Below, piece by piece: positions 14,562 through 24,093 of a stretch of DNA of 64,000 nt. The stretch comes from Thermoanaerobaculia bacterium (GTDB lineage: Bacteria; Acidobacteriota; Thermoanaerobaculia; UBA5066). The notes beneath the pieces were generated by a model. It was not told the origin of the DNA and did not search any database. It saw only the letters and a list, made by a program, of their open reading frames with translations. The position numbers and the translations under genes were made by a program. The first letter of the stretch is position 1. The number at the start of each line of letters is the position of its first letter. The stretch spans positions 1,472,001 to 1,536,000 of the forward strand of contig CAVRAY010000001.1 of NCBI GenBank assembly GCA_963719225.1. The letters are read 5' to 3'.

Positions 14562-15659
14562 GTGGTGGACCTTCTTCAGGCGATCGAAGAAAGACGAAGA
14601 GATTTCTTCGAAGAGTTGAAGACCGCCGAGGGAAAGGTCGCGGCCGGGGTGCTCCTCCCGGCGGATGTGCGCGCTCTGCACGTGCGTTGGCTCGGACAGA
14701 AGCAGGGCCTGGTGACTGAGCTCCTGGCGGGCCTTCGGACCCTTTCGAAGGAAAACAAGGCTCCCGCCGGCGCCGCCATCAACAAGCTCAAGAAGGACGT
14801 GGAGACTGCGCTCTCCACCCTCGAAGAATCTTCGGTGCTCTTCGAACGCCAGCAGAGGCAGAGGGCGCTCGCCGTCGACGTGACGCTCCCCCCGCGCGCT
14901 CCGCGCCTCGGGCGGCTGCATCCGCTTACGGTCGTGAGGCGGCGGATCGAAGCCGCCTTCGCGTCGTTGGGCTACGAGGTCGCGCACGGCCCGGACGTCG
15001 AGACCGACTGGCTGAACTTCGGGGCGCTGAATTTCCCGCCCGACCATCCTGCGCGCGACGCGGTGGACACGTTCTTCGTGAAAGGCGGCGGGGAGGGCGA
15101 CGACCGTCTGCTCCTGCGCACGCACACGTCGCCGGTCCAGATCCGGACGATGCTCGCTCAAAAGCCCCCGATCCGGATCGTGATCCCCGGCCGCGTCTAC
15201 CGGAAGGACGACATCGATCCGCGCCACTCGCCGGTCTTCCATCAGATGGAGGGGCTCACGGTGGACGAGGGCATCACGTTCGCCGACCTGAAAGGCACGC
15301 TTGCGGCGTTCGCCCGGCTGCTCTTCACGCCCGAGACGAAGATCCGGTTCGGACCGACGTTCTTCCCGTTCGTCGAGCCGGGAGTGGACGTCGCGGTTTC
15401 GTGCGTCTTCTGCAAGGGCACGGGCAGCGCCCAGGGGGGCGCATGCCGACCGTGCTCGGGCACCGGCTGGATCGAGATCCTGGGCGCGGGGATGGTGCAT
15501 CCCGCGGTGCTGAGGAACGGAGGCATCGACCCCGAGAAGTATTCGGGATTCGCGTTCGGCATGGGAATCGACCGTGTCGCGTTCCTCGTCTACGGCGTGC
15601 CGGACCTGCGGCTCTTCTTCGAGAACGACGTGCGCTTCCTCGATCGCGTGTGGAGCTGA
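14562..15659 (+). CDS. pheS: Phenylalanyl-tRNA synthetase alpha subunit
   Basis: HPARD, LLRTHTSPVQIR, FHQMEGL, FPFVEP, GFAFGMGIDR; CxxC...CxxC insert; start approximate. Confidence 0.96.
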   Translation: MVDLLQAIEERRRDFFEELKTAEGKVAAGVLLPADVRALHVRWLGQKQGLVTELLAGLRTLSKENKAPAGAAINKLKKDVETALSTLEESSVLFERQQRQRALAVDVTLPPRAPRLGRLHPLTVVRRRIEAAFASLGYEVAHGPDVETDWLNFGALNFPPDHPARDAVDTFFVKGGGEGDDRLLLRTHTSPVQIRTMLAQKPPIRIVIPGRVYRKDDIDPRHSPVFHQMEGLTVDEGITFADLKGTLAAFARLLFTPETKIRFGPTFFPFVEPGVDVAVSCVFCKGTGSAQGGACRPCSGTGWIEILGAGMVHPAVLRNGGIDPEKYSGFAFGMGIDRVAFLVYGVPDLRLFFENDVRFLDRVWS

Positions 15660-15666
15660 GAGCGCG

Positions 15667-17808
15667 ATGAAGTTCTCCCACGAGTGGATCGCGTCGTATC
15701 TGCCCGGCCCCGCGCCGGACCCGAAGGGTCTCGGCGACCGCCTGACGGCGGTGGGTTTCATCGTCGAGGGAGTCGAAGGCTCGGGCGCGGACACCGTTTA
15801 CGACGTCGAGATCACGGCGAACCGGCCCGACGGGATGAGCCACCGGGGCCTCGCGCGCGAAGCGGCCCTCGCGCTGTCCCGGACCTTCGCAGAGCCCGCC
15901 CGTCCCCCGCTGCGCGAGAGCGATACGACGGCCGACATGCGGGCCCGCGTCTACGTCGAGGAGCCGGAGCTCTGCTCGCGGTATTCCGCGCGCGTCCTAG
16001 AGGGGATCCGCGTGGCCGCGCCTGGCGGCGCCGTGGCGGCACGGCTTCGCGCGATCGGCGCCGGAACGATCTCAGCCCCGGTGGACGCCACGAACCACGT
16101 CCTCTGGGACATCGGCCAGCCGCTCCACGCTTTCGACCTCGACTCGCTCGCGAAAGGGGTCGACGGATTCCCGACGATCATCGTTCGGCGCGCCCGGGCG
16201 GGAGAGACGCTCGTGACGCTCGACGGCGTCACGCGCGCGCTGTCGCCGCAGCACCTCGTGATCGCGGACGCCGAGAAGCCCGTCGCCCTCGCGGGCGTCA
16301 TGGGCGGACTCGAGACGGCGATCTCGGATCGGACGACGCGCGTCCTCCTGGAGGGAGCGCATTTCGATCCGCGCGCGGTGCGCAGGACGTCACGCTCTCT
16401 CGGCATGCACACGGACGCGTCGCACCGGTTCGAGCGGGGAGCCGATCCCGAAGCGACGCGCGACGGGCTCGACCGCGCCGCCCGCCTGATCCTGGAGTCG
16501 TGCGGCGGCACTCTGTGTCGGGGGACGATCGACGTCCGCGAACGGCGGTCGAGCCCCCACGCGCCCCGGGTGCTCACGCTCCGCCTCGCGCGGCTCACGG
16601 CATTCCTCGGGATGGACATCGCGGCCGGGCGCTGCGTGGAGATCCTCGCCGCGCTCGGGTTCTCTCCGGTCCACGTCGGCGACACCGTGCGCGTCACGGT
16701 ACCCTCCTGGCGTGTCGACATCGCCGGTGAGGAGGACCTCGTCGAGGAGGTCATCCGCTGTGAGGGCTACGAGCGGCTGCCCGAGACGCTGCCGAGTTCG
16801 TACGCGCCGGCGCGTCCGCCCGAGGCGGCGCTCGTCGAGGACCGCGCGCGCGACCTCCTCGCGGGCTTCGGGCTCCTCGAGTGCGCGACGTACTCGTTCG
16901 TCTCGGAAGCAGAGAATGCCCCGTTCGTCTCCGCCGCGCCGGGCGCGCCGGTCCTCGTCGAGAACGCACTCGGCGAGCCCTTCACGACGATGCGCGCGAC
17001 CCCCGTGATCGGGCTCCTGCAAAGTGCCCGTCACAACGTGCGGCGCGGCCAGAAGGACCTCGCTCTCTTCGAGGTAGGGACGGCGTTCGGGTGGAATCAA
17101 GAGAAGATTTCTGCTGAAGAGAAGACGGGGGAAGGAAGAGTCATCGAAAGAACGAAAGTCGGGATCCTCCTCGCCGGCGCAAGAAACCGCCATTGGTCGC
17201 AGGGGGAGACGGCGAATTCGGATTTCTTCGATGGGGCGGGAATTGCAGAGGCGCTCATGAAAGGCCTCGGCTTGGGGGGCGCTTCGTCCCCTATTACCTT
17301 CAAAGAAAATCTTCCGGTCTCTTCGTACCTGGCCCCTGGGCGCGCTGCCCGCATTCTCTGCGCGGGCCGCGAAGCCGGATGGGTTGGCGTCCTCGAGCCT
17401 TCGCTCGCCGCCTCCTGGGATCTGACCGATCCCGTCGTGGCCGATCTCGACCTCGATGTCCTTGCGGCCGCGCTGCCCCCTCCCGAGACGTCCGTCGAGC
17501 CCCCGCCCCGTTTTCCCGGCAGCGAAGTGGATCTCACCGTGACACATCCGCTTTCGACTTCGTGGAGAACGCTCGAATCGGCCGTGCGCGCGGGCGCGCC
17601 AGTGGAGCTCGTGGCAGTCGAGGCGAAAGGACGCTACCAGGGTCCCGGCGTCAAGGGTGGTTTCGTGAAGACGACGTTGACCCTGCGGTTCGGCTCGCCG
17701 CTCGGCACTCTCGCGCGTGAGGACGTGAACGCGTGGCGCGACGCCGCGGCCCGGCGCCTTCTGGCGCTGAAAGATGCCGCGGTGGACGGCGTACCGGCGT
17801 CAAATTGA
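15667..17808 (+). CDS. pheT: Phenylalanyl-tRNA synthetase beta subunit (short form, no B2 OB-fold)
   Basis: EITANRPD, GQPLHAFD, ALAGVMGG, TDASHRFERG, DLVEEVIR. Confidence 0.93.
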   Translation: MKFSHEWIASYLPGPAPDPKGLGDRLTAVGFIVEGVEGSGADTVYDVEITANRPDGMSHRGLAREAALALSRTFAEPARPPLRESDTTADMRARVYVEEPELCSRYSARVLEGIRVAAPGGAVAARLRAIGAGTISAPVDATNHVLWDIGQPLHAFDLDSLAKGVDGFPTIIVRRARAGETLVTLDGVTRALSPQHLVIADAEKPVALAGVMGGLETAISDRTTRVLLEGAHFDPRAVRRTSRSLGMHTDASHRFERGADPEATRDGLDRAARLILESCGGTLCRGTIDVRERRSSPHAPRVLTLRLARLTAFLGMDIAAGRCVEILAALGFSPVHVGDTVRVTVPSWRVDIAGEEDLVEEVIRCEGYERLPETLPSSYAPARPPEAALVEDRARDLLAGFGLLECATYSFVSEAENAPFVSAAPGAPVLVENALGEPFTTMRATPVIGLLQSARHNVRRGQKDLALFEVGTAFGWNQEKISAEEKTGEGRVIERTKVGILLAGARNRHWSQGETANSDFFDGAGIAEALMKGLGLGGASSPITFKENLPVSSYLAPGRAARILCAGREAGWVGVLEPSLAASWDLTDPVVADLDLDVLAAALPPPETSVEPPPRFPGSEVDLTVTHPLSTSWRTLESAVRAGAPVELVAVEAKGRYQGPGVKGGFVKTTLTLRFGSPLGTLAREDVNAWRDAAARRLLALKDAAVDGVPASN

Positions 17809-17818
17809 GGAGGAAGAC

Positions 17819-18121
17819 GTGAAGGAAGCGAAAGGTCGGAACGAAGGCAGGGCGGAGTTGGCCGGGGATGCGACTCTCGAGGGCGTGCTCGACGCGATCG
17901 AGTCGCGGCTCGAATCTCTGCTGGAGGTCGTCAAGGGCCTGTCCCATGAGAATGCGCGCCTCGAGTCCGAGCTGGCGTCGGCCCGCGAGGCGAGCGAGAA
18001 AAACGGCGGCGCCGCGGCCGCCCTCGCGCGTCACGAGGCCGAGCGGACGGCCGTCCGGACGCGCATCGAAAGGCTCCTGAAAACGCTCGAGGAGACGAAC
18101 CTGCCGGCCCGTCGCGCCTGA
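17819..18121 (+). CDS. Coiled-coil cell division protein, ZapB-like
   Basis: GAGGAGG RBS then GTG; coiled-coil heptads; ERxAVRTRIERLL; position between pheT and zapA. Confidence 0.7.
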   Translation: MKEAKGRNEGRAELAGDATLEGVLDAIESRLESLLEVVKGLSHENARLESELASAREASEKNGGAAAALARHEAERTAVRTRIERLLKTLEETNLPARRA

Positions 18122-18171
18122 GGCCGCGTGCTATCCTCTCGTCGCGGCAGAACCTCGAGCCGCGAGAGAAA

Positions 18172-18531
18172 ATGGCTTCAAAACCGTCCGTCACACAGGT
18201 GGAAATCTTCGGCCAGACGTACTCCGTCCGGGCCGCGGGGGATCCCGCGTACATCCAGGAGCTCGCAACCTTCGTGGACCAGAAAATGCGCGAGGTTTCC
18301 GAGCACGCGCCGACGGTCGACGCCGCGAAAATCGCCATCCTCACGGCGCTCAACATTTCCGACGAGTTCCATCAGTACCGTTCCAAGTCAGGCTCCGAGG
18401 GTGATCCGGGGCGGGTCGCGAAGCGCGCGACCCGTCTCGTCGAAAAACTCGACGAGATCCTGAAGTCGTCTACTCGGGCCATTCCGGCGAGGGCCGGCAG
18501 CGAATCGATCGGCACCCTGCGCGGTGCGTGA
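18172..18531 (+). CDS. zapA: Cell division protein ZapA
   Basis: VEIFGQTYSV, LATFVDQKM, AILTALNISDE; extended -10 TGCTATCCT at ~18129. Confidence 0.9.
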   Translation: MASKPSVTQVEIFGQTYSVRAAGDPAYIQELATFVDQKMREVSEHAPTVDAAKIAILTALNISDEFHQYRSKSGSEGDPGRVAKRATRLVEKLDEILKSSTRAIPARAGSESIGTLRGA

Positions 18532-18689
18532 ATGGGATATGTCCTTGAACCGATATTTCAATCGTGGAGTCACCGTACCTGGGCCGTCCTGTGATGCCCC
18601 TTCGGGGGAACTAATGGTCTGCCCCGTGGGCTCCCCCTGTCTTACGACGGGTTCAATCGACACACCCCACACGGCCGAGGCGGGGCGCC
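18511..18689 (+). ncRNA. ssrS: 6S RNA
   Basis: Canonical zapA-6S-rny position; ~180-nt rod with GGCACCCTGC/GCGGGGCGCC ends, TTGAACC/GGTTCAA and GGAGTCAC/GTGGGCTCC stems around a central bubble. Confidence 0.85.
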
Positions 18690-18785
18690 TTTATCGCGCC
18701 CATCCGAGGAGACCCTTCCGGGTTCGCGTCTAGCTTTCGACCGGATCACCCTCGAAAGAACGTTTCGATCGAGGGGGACCGACCC

Positions 18786-20387
18786 GTGAATTCCATTCAA
18801 GTCATCGCCGTCGAGGCCGCGCTCGCGGTCTTCGCCGTGGGTGTCCTCATCTGGGCCCTGAGGACCCGGGGGGCGGCCTCGATCGCGAAGGCCGAAGCCG
18901 AGCTCGAGGCTCGCAAGAAGCTCGAGGAGGCGAAGCTCGCCGCCGAGTCCGCCGTCCGGCGCGCCGAGGCCACCGCCCAGAAGACCGAGCTCGATGCGAA
19001 GGAGCGGGCGCTCAAGGCACGCGAGGCCGCGGAGCAGGAGGCCGCGAAAAGGCGCGCCGAGCTCCTGGACCAGGAAAAGCGCCTTCTTCAGAAGGAAGAG
19101 ACCCTCGACAAAAAGATCGTCGTCGCCGAGAAACGCGAGATGGAGTCCGAGAATCGCGCCCAGAACCTCACGAAGCGCGAGAAGCGGGTCGAGGAGACCG
19201 AGGCCGAGGCCCAGAAAAAGGCCGAGGAGATCGTCCAGGAGCAGCGCGAAAAGCTCGAGAGGATCGCCGGTCTCACGGCCGAGCAGGCCAAGCGTGACCT
19301 GATCCGCGAGCTCGAGAACGAGGCGCGCCTCGAGGCGACCGGCCTCGTGCGCCGGATCGAGGAAGACGCCGTCGAGAGCGCGAACTGGAAGGCGAAACGG
19401 CTCCTCTCGATGACGATCCAGCGCATGGCGTCCGAGCACGTCGTCGAGACGACCGTGTCGGTCCTCGACCTCCCGTCCGACGACATGAAAGGGCGGATCA
19501 TCGGCCGCGAAGGCCGCAACATCCGGGCCGTCGAGGCCGCGACGGGCGTCGACATCATCATCGACGACACGCCGGAAGCGATCCTTCTCTCCTCGTTCGA
19601 CCCGATCCGCCGCGAAGTCGCGCGGCGCGCGCTCGAGCGCCTCATCCAGGACGGGCGCATTCATCCGGCGCGGATCGAAGAGGTCGTCGAGAAGGTCCGC
19701 GAGGAGCTGTGGCTGGACGTCAAGACCACGGGTGAAGCCGCGGCGTTCGAGTTCGGAATCGCCGACCTCCATCCGGAGGTCGTGAAGCTGCTCGGGCGGC
19801 TGAAGTACCGCACGAGCTACGGCCAGAGCGTCCTCCAGCACAGCAAGGAGGTCGGATGGGCCGCGTGCCACCTCGCGAGCGAGCTGGGGGCCGACGTGAC
19901 GGTCGCCAAGCGCGCGGGACTCCTCCACGACATCGGCAAGGCGATCGACCGCGAGCAGGAAGGAACCCACCTCGAGCTCGGCCGGCAGATTCTCAAGAAA
20001 TACGGCGAGACGGAGTCCGTCATCCACGGCATGGAATGCCACCACGGCGACTACGAGCCCCGCACGATCGAGGCGGTCCTCGTGAACGCGGCCGACGCGA
20101 TCTCGGCCGCGCGGCCGGGAGCGCGCCGCGAGATCCTGGAGACCTACGTCAAGCGCCTCGAGAAGCTCGAGAAGATGACGGAAGGCATGAAGGGCGTCGA
20201 GCGCACCTTCGCGATCCAGGCGGGCCGCGAGCTGCGCGTGATCGTGGACGCGAAGAAGGTCACGGACGACGAGTGCCTCTGGATGTCGAAGGACATCGCC
20301 AAGCGCGTCGAGGCGGAACTGCAATATCCAGGGCAGATAAAGATCACCGTCATCCGAGAGACAAGGGCCGTTGATTTTGCAAAATAA
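18786..20387 (+). CDS. rny: Ribonuclease Y
   Basis: N-terminal TM, coiled coil, KH (MKGRIIGREGRNIR), HD (LLHDIGK). Confidence 0.97.
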   Translation: MNSIQVIAVEAALAVFAVGVLIWALRTRGAASIAKAEAELEARKKLEEAKLAAESAVRRAEATAQKTELDAKERALKAREAAEQEAAKRRAELLDQEKRLLQKEETLDKKIVVAEKREMESENRAQNLTKREKRVEETEAEAQKKAEEIVQEQREKLERIAGLTAEQAKRDLIRELENEARLEATGLVRRIEEDAVESANWKAKRLLSMTIQRMASEHVVETTVSVLDLPSDDMKGRIIGREGRNIRAVEAATGVDIIIDDTPEAILLSSFDPIRREVARRALERLIQDGRIHPARIEEVVEKVREELWLDVKTTGEAAAFEFGIADLHPEVVKLLGRLKYRTSYGQSVLQHSKEVGWAACHLASELGADVTVAKRAGLLHDIGKAIDREQEGTHLELGRQILKKYGETESVIHGMECHHGDYEPRTIEAVLVNAADAISAARPGARREILETYVKRLEKLEKMTEGMKGVERTFAIQAGRELRVIVDAKKVTDDECLWMSKDIAKRVEAELQYPGQIKITVIRETRAVDFAK

Positions 20388-20398
20388 GGAAGAAGATT

Positions 20399-20407
20399 TT
20401 CTTAGAA
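20399..20407. repeat. TTCTnAGAA motif, rny-ymdB intergenic
   Basis: GGAAGAAGATT-TTCTTAGAA-GGAAAGAGGGG. Confidence 0.6.
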
Positions 20408-20462
20408 GGAAAGAGGGGCATCGTGCCCTATTCACCTTGAAAGAAAGTTTGCAGACCGGTTC

Positions 20463-21254
20463 ATGAAGCTCTTGTTCATCGGAGACGTGGTGGGCAAGCC
20501 CGGCCGCAAGGCGCTTTCTCTCCTCGAGAAAGTCATCGGGCGAGAGCACATCGATTTCACGATCGTGAACATCGAGAACGCGGCCGGGGGATTCGGCGTG
20601 ACGGCCGAGCTCTTCGCCGAGATGACGAAGCTCCCGATCGACGTGTTCACGTCCGGCAACCACATCTGGGACAAGAAGGAATTCGTGCCGCTCCTCTCGG
20701 ATCTCGAGAACCTGCTGCGTCCCGCGAACTACCCGCCGGGCAACCCGGGCCGCGGCTGGGCCATCCAGGACACGCCGTCGGGAATTCCCGTGGGCGTCCT
20801 GAACCTGCAGGGGCAGGTTTTCATGGCGAACACGGACTCGCCCTTTCGGGTGGGCGATCAGGCGCTCGCCGAGATGAAGACGAAGCGCCCGGATCTGAAG
20901 GTCGTGGTCGTCGACATCCACGCGGAGGCGACGTCCGAGAAGCAGGCCGTCGGGTGGTGGTTCGACGGCCGGGCATCGCTCGTCATCGGCACGCACACGC
21001 ACGTGCCGACCGCGGACGCGCGGATCCTGCCGAAGGGAACGGCCTATCAGGGAGACGCGGGCATGACGGGGGCGTACGAGGGAATCATCGGCTTCGACCC
21101 GAAAGCCATTCTCGAAAAGTTTCTGTATCAGACGCCGCGTTCGATGGAAACCGCCACGCGCGACGTCCGGATGTGCGGCGCGATCGTGGACGTGGACGAG
21201 GCGACGGGGAAGGCCCGCGGGATCACGCCGATCCAGGAGAGGTTCGCCAGCTAG
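20463..21254 (+). CDS. ymdB: YmdB/TIGR00282 metallophosphoesterase
   Basis: GDVVGKPG, NIENAAGG, TSGNH, DIHAEATSEK, GTHTHV; follows rny. Confidence 0.93.
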   Translation: MKLLFIGDVVGKPGRKALSLLEKVIGREHIDFTIVNIENAAGGFGVTAELFAEMTKLPIDVFTSGNHIWDKKEFVPLLSDLENLLRPANYPPGNPGRGWAIQDTPSGIPVGVLNLQGQVFMANTDSPFRVGDQALAEMKTKRPDLKVVVVDIHAEATSEKQAVGWWFDGRASLVIGTHTHVPTADARILPKGTAYQGDAGMTGAYEGIIGFDPKAILEKFLYQTPRSMETATRDVRMCGAIVDVDEATGKARGITPIQERFAS

Positions 21255-21279
21255 CCCGGCGCCCGGGTACGATTCGGAC

Positions 21280-22558
21280 ATGAGAATGGTTCGCATCGCG
21301 GTTCCTTTCCTGCTGCTCGCCTCCCTTCGCGCGGCCGGCCAGGGCCAGGAGACTCCCTGCGCCGTCATGAAGACCGAGACGCGCCGCCGAACGAGGAAAG
21401 CCTCCGGAAGGAGTACGAGGACAAGAAGAAGTGGTACCCGGACACGCCTTTCGAGGAACTGCGCCAGCGGCTCGCGAGCGTCGTTCTGGAAGCGAATCGG
21501 GAGAAGCGCGAAGCCGAGTTCGCCCGGTCGCTGAGGGACCGGTTTCCCGTCACGATGGGGAAGGACCCGAATAAGGTCGATTTGCCGCCGGATGCCGTTC
21601 TCGCGACCGTCGGGGATCGGAGGATCACGAGAGCCTCGGCGAAAACCCGCCTCGACGCGGCGGCGTTCAACGCGAGAGACAGGGTTCACTGGGCGGAAAG
21701 GGACGCTCTCGAGAAGTTCGTAACCGACCAGCTCGTCAAGGCCGAGGCGGAAAAGCGCGGCGTCACGGTGGAGGCGCTGCGCAAGGCAGAGATCGTCGAC
21801 CGGATCGTGAAGCCGACGGACGAGGAGATCGCGCAGGAATGGGAGAGGTCCGGCGAAAAGGCCAAGGGAGGCCTCGAAGGCGCTCGTTCGAGGATCTCCG
21901 AGTTCCTGCGGATGCAGCGTAAAGATGCCCTCGAAGAGGAGCTCGACAAGAAGCTTCGGGCGGGCCGCGCCATCAAGGTCGACCTTCCCGGGCCCGTGCC
22001 CCCCGCCGTGGAAATCGACCTGGCCGGCGCCGCGTCGCGGGGGCCGGCGGACGCTCCGGTCACGGTCGTCGAGTTCGCGGACTTCCAGTGCCCTCATTGC
22101 GGGAAGATGTGACCGTCGTCGAGGACGCGCTCAAGCCCTATGGCACCCGCGTGCGCCACGCATTCCTGAACTTTCCGCTGCCGTTCCACGAGTTCGCGCT
22201 CGAGGCGGCGATGGCAGGCCGTGCCGCTCAGCGTCAGGGACGTTTCTTCGAGCTCGCGAGTCTTCTGTTCGCGAACCAGAAGGCGCTTTCCCGTCCGGAC
22301 CTCGTCCGGTGGGCCTCGAAGGCAGGCCTCGACGTCGGTCGCTTCTCGCGTGACCTCGAGGCAGGCACGGGCGCCGTCGACGTCCTCCTGGAAAGAAGGG
22401 AGGGGCAGCGAATCGGTGTGCAGGGGACCCCGATGCTCTTCGTGAACGGAGTCTTCGCGGGATGGGAGGTCCATGACGTGGCCGGCATTCGCGCCGTCGT
22501 GGACACGGCTCTCGCGAGGCGGGGCGTGGCACCCCCGGCGAAGGCCGCGGTCCGATAG
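21280..22558 (+). pseudogene. Secreted DsbA-family thioredoxin with SurA-like N-terminal helices, broken by frameshifts at ~21385 and ~22110
   Basis: Signal peptide; GPADAPVTVVEFADFQCPHC; FPLPFH; GVQGTPMLFVNG spread over three frames; likely consensus errors. Confidence 0.75.
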
Positions 22559-22607
22559 GGTTCCGCGCACCCGGCGTGCGCGAGCGGAACCCTGCTAGGA
22601 TCTCCGC

Positions 22608-22865
22608 ATGGCCGTCGACAAGGAGCTCCTCGACATCCTCGCGTGTCCCGCCTGCGACACGCGCCCCCCGGTGACTCTGTGCCTCCTGAAGGCCGACGTG
22701 GCGAAAAACGTCGTGGAAAAATACCGTGAGAGCCTGAAGGACGAAGAGCCCGTCGTGACCGAGGGGCTCTCGTGCGCAGCCTGCGGACGCGTCTATCCGA
22801 TCGTCTCCGACATCCCCGTGATGCTCGTCGAGGAGGCCCTTCCGGCCGACGCCCGGATGGCCTGA
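22608..22865 (+). CDS. Trm112/YcaR-family protein
   Basis: LLDILACPAC...CAACGRVYPIVSDIPVMLVEEA. Confidence 0.88.
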   Translation: MAVDKELLDILACPACDTRPPVTLCLLKADVAKNVVEKYRESLKDEEPVVTEGLSCAACGRVYPIVSDIPVMLVEEALPADARMA

Positions 22866-22929
22866 TTCGTTCCTGAGGCTCTTTCCCGAACCGATCGCAC
22901 GCCGAAGCGGATGGGAACGCGCGGCGTTC

Positions 22930-24084
22930 GTGTTCTTCCTGCTGGCCGTCGGGAGCGTCCCGGGAATCGGCGTCGCGAACGTCTGCCTCGCGCTGACCCT
23001 CGCCTGCACGATCGCGTGGCGCCTGTCGGCACGAATGCGCGGCGAGGATTTTCTCGGCCCGTTCCGCCGCACGACGCCGCTTCATGCACCCATCGGGGCG
23101 TTCGTTCTTCTCTCGGTCCTGTCCTGCCTGTTCTCGACCCTTTCCTCGCGCTCGATCATCCAGGTGAAAGGCTTCGGCACGTTCCTCCTGGTCGTCTTCA
23201 CGGCCGCTCTTCTCGACGACGAGGCGGACGTGAAGCTCGTCGTGGACGCCTGGCGGATCACCGCCCTGTACCTCGTCCTGCGCGGGCTCGTGGAGTGGAT
23301 CTCGGGCTCGCCGAGCCTCGACTTCCGGATCGCCGGGGGATTGTCGGTCTACATGACGTACGCCGGCCTGCTCCTCGTCTTCGTGACGCTCCTCGGAGCG
23401 CGCGGAATATCCGGGGGTTCTGCCGCGGCGCGATGGGCGGATGTCGGAATCGCGCTCGCCGGAGTCCTCGCGGTCGCCCTCACGCTCACTCGCGGCGCGT
23501 ACGTAGGCCTCGCGGTCGGCCTTCTCGCGGTGCTCCTGACGGCACGTCCGCGGTTCGCCTTCGCGGTCCCCTTCATCGTGGCCCTTTTCTTCGTCCTCAT
23601 GCCGCTCGCCGTGCGCGACCGTCTCGCGTCCGTCACGAATCCGAAGGACGTCACGATGAACGACCGCATCGCGATGTGGAAGGCTGGAGGTTCCATGATC
23701 GCCGAGCGGCCTCTTTTCGGAGTGGGGCCCGCCCGCGTGAAGGCGCTCTATCCCTCTTATCGCGTCCCCGGGTGGGTCGAGGCGCGTCCGGGGCATCTCC
23801 ATAACAACGTCGTCATGATCGCCGCCGAGACCGGGATTCCCTCCGCCGTCGCGTACCTCGCGTTCGTCGGGGCGTTCTTCCTCGGCTCGGTTCGGATCGT
23901 GCGCCGCACTTCCCGCGGCGACCCGGCGCGCGGGATCGCGCTCGGCGCCATCGGCGCGATGGCGGCTCTTTTTGCGGCGGGGATGTTCGAGTACAACTTC
24001 GGAGACGTCGAGGTCCTCATGGCGACTCTGGTCGTCGCGACGCTGCCGTTCGTCGTGGGCCGCGGGATCCGGCCCGCCGTCTAG
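22930..24084 (+). CDS. O-antigen ligase (Wzy_C)-family membrane protein; true start may lie slightly upstream
   Basis: TLTRGAY, RIAMWK..P.FGVG, HLHNN..AAETG. Confidence 0.85.
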   Translation: MFFLLAVGSVPGIGVANVCLALTLACTIAWRLSARMRGEDFLGPFRRTTPLHAPIGAFVLLSVLSCLFSTLSSRSIIQVKGFGTFLLVVFTAALLDDEADVKLVVDAWRITALYLVLRGLVEWISGSPSLDFRIAGGLSVYMTYAGLLLVFVTLLGARGISGGSAAARWADVGIALAGVLAVALTLTRGAYVGLAVGLLAVLLTARPRFAFAVPFIVALFFVLMPLAVRDRLASVTNPKDVTMNDRIAMWKAGGSMIAERPLFGVGPARVKALYPSYRVPGWVEARPGHLHNNVVMIAAETGIPSAVAYLAFVGAFFLGSVRIVRRTSRGDPARGIALGAIGAMAALFAAGMFEYNFGDVEVLMATLVVATLPFVVGRGIRPAV

Positions 24085-24093
24085 AATCGGGAA

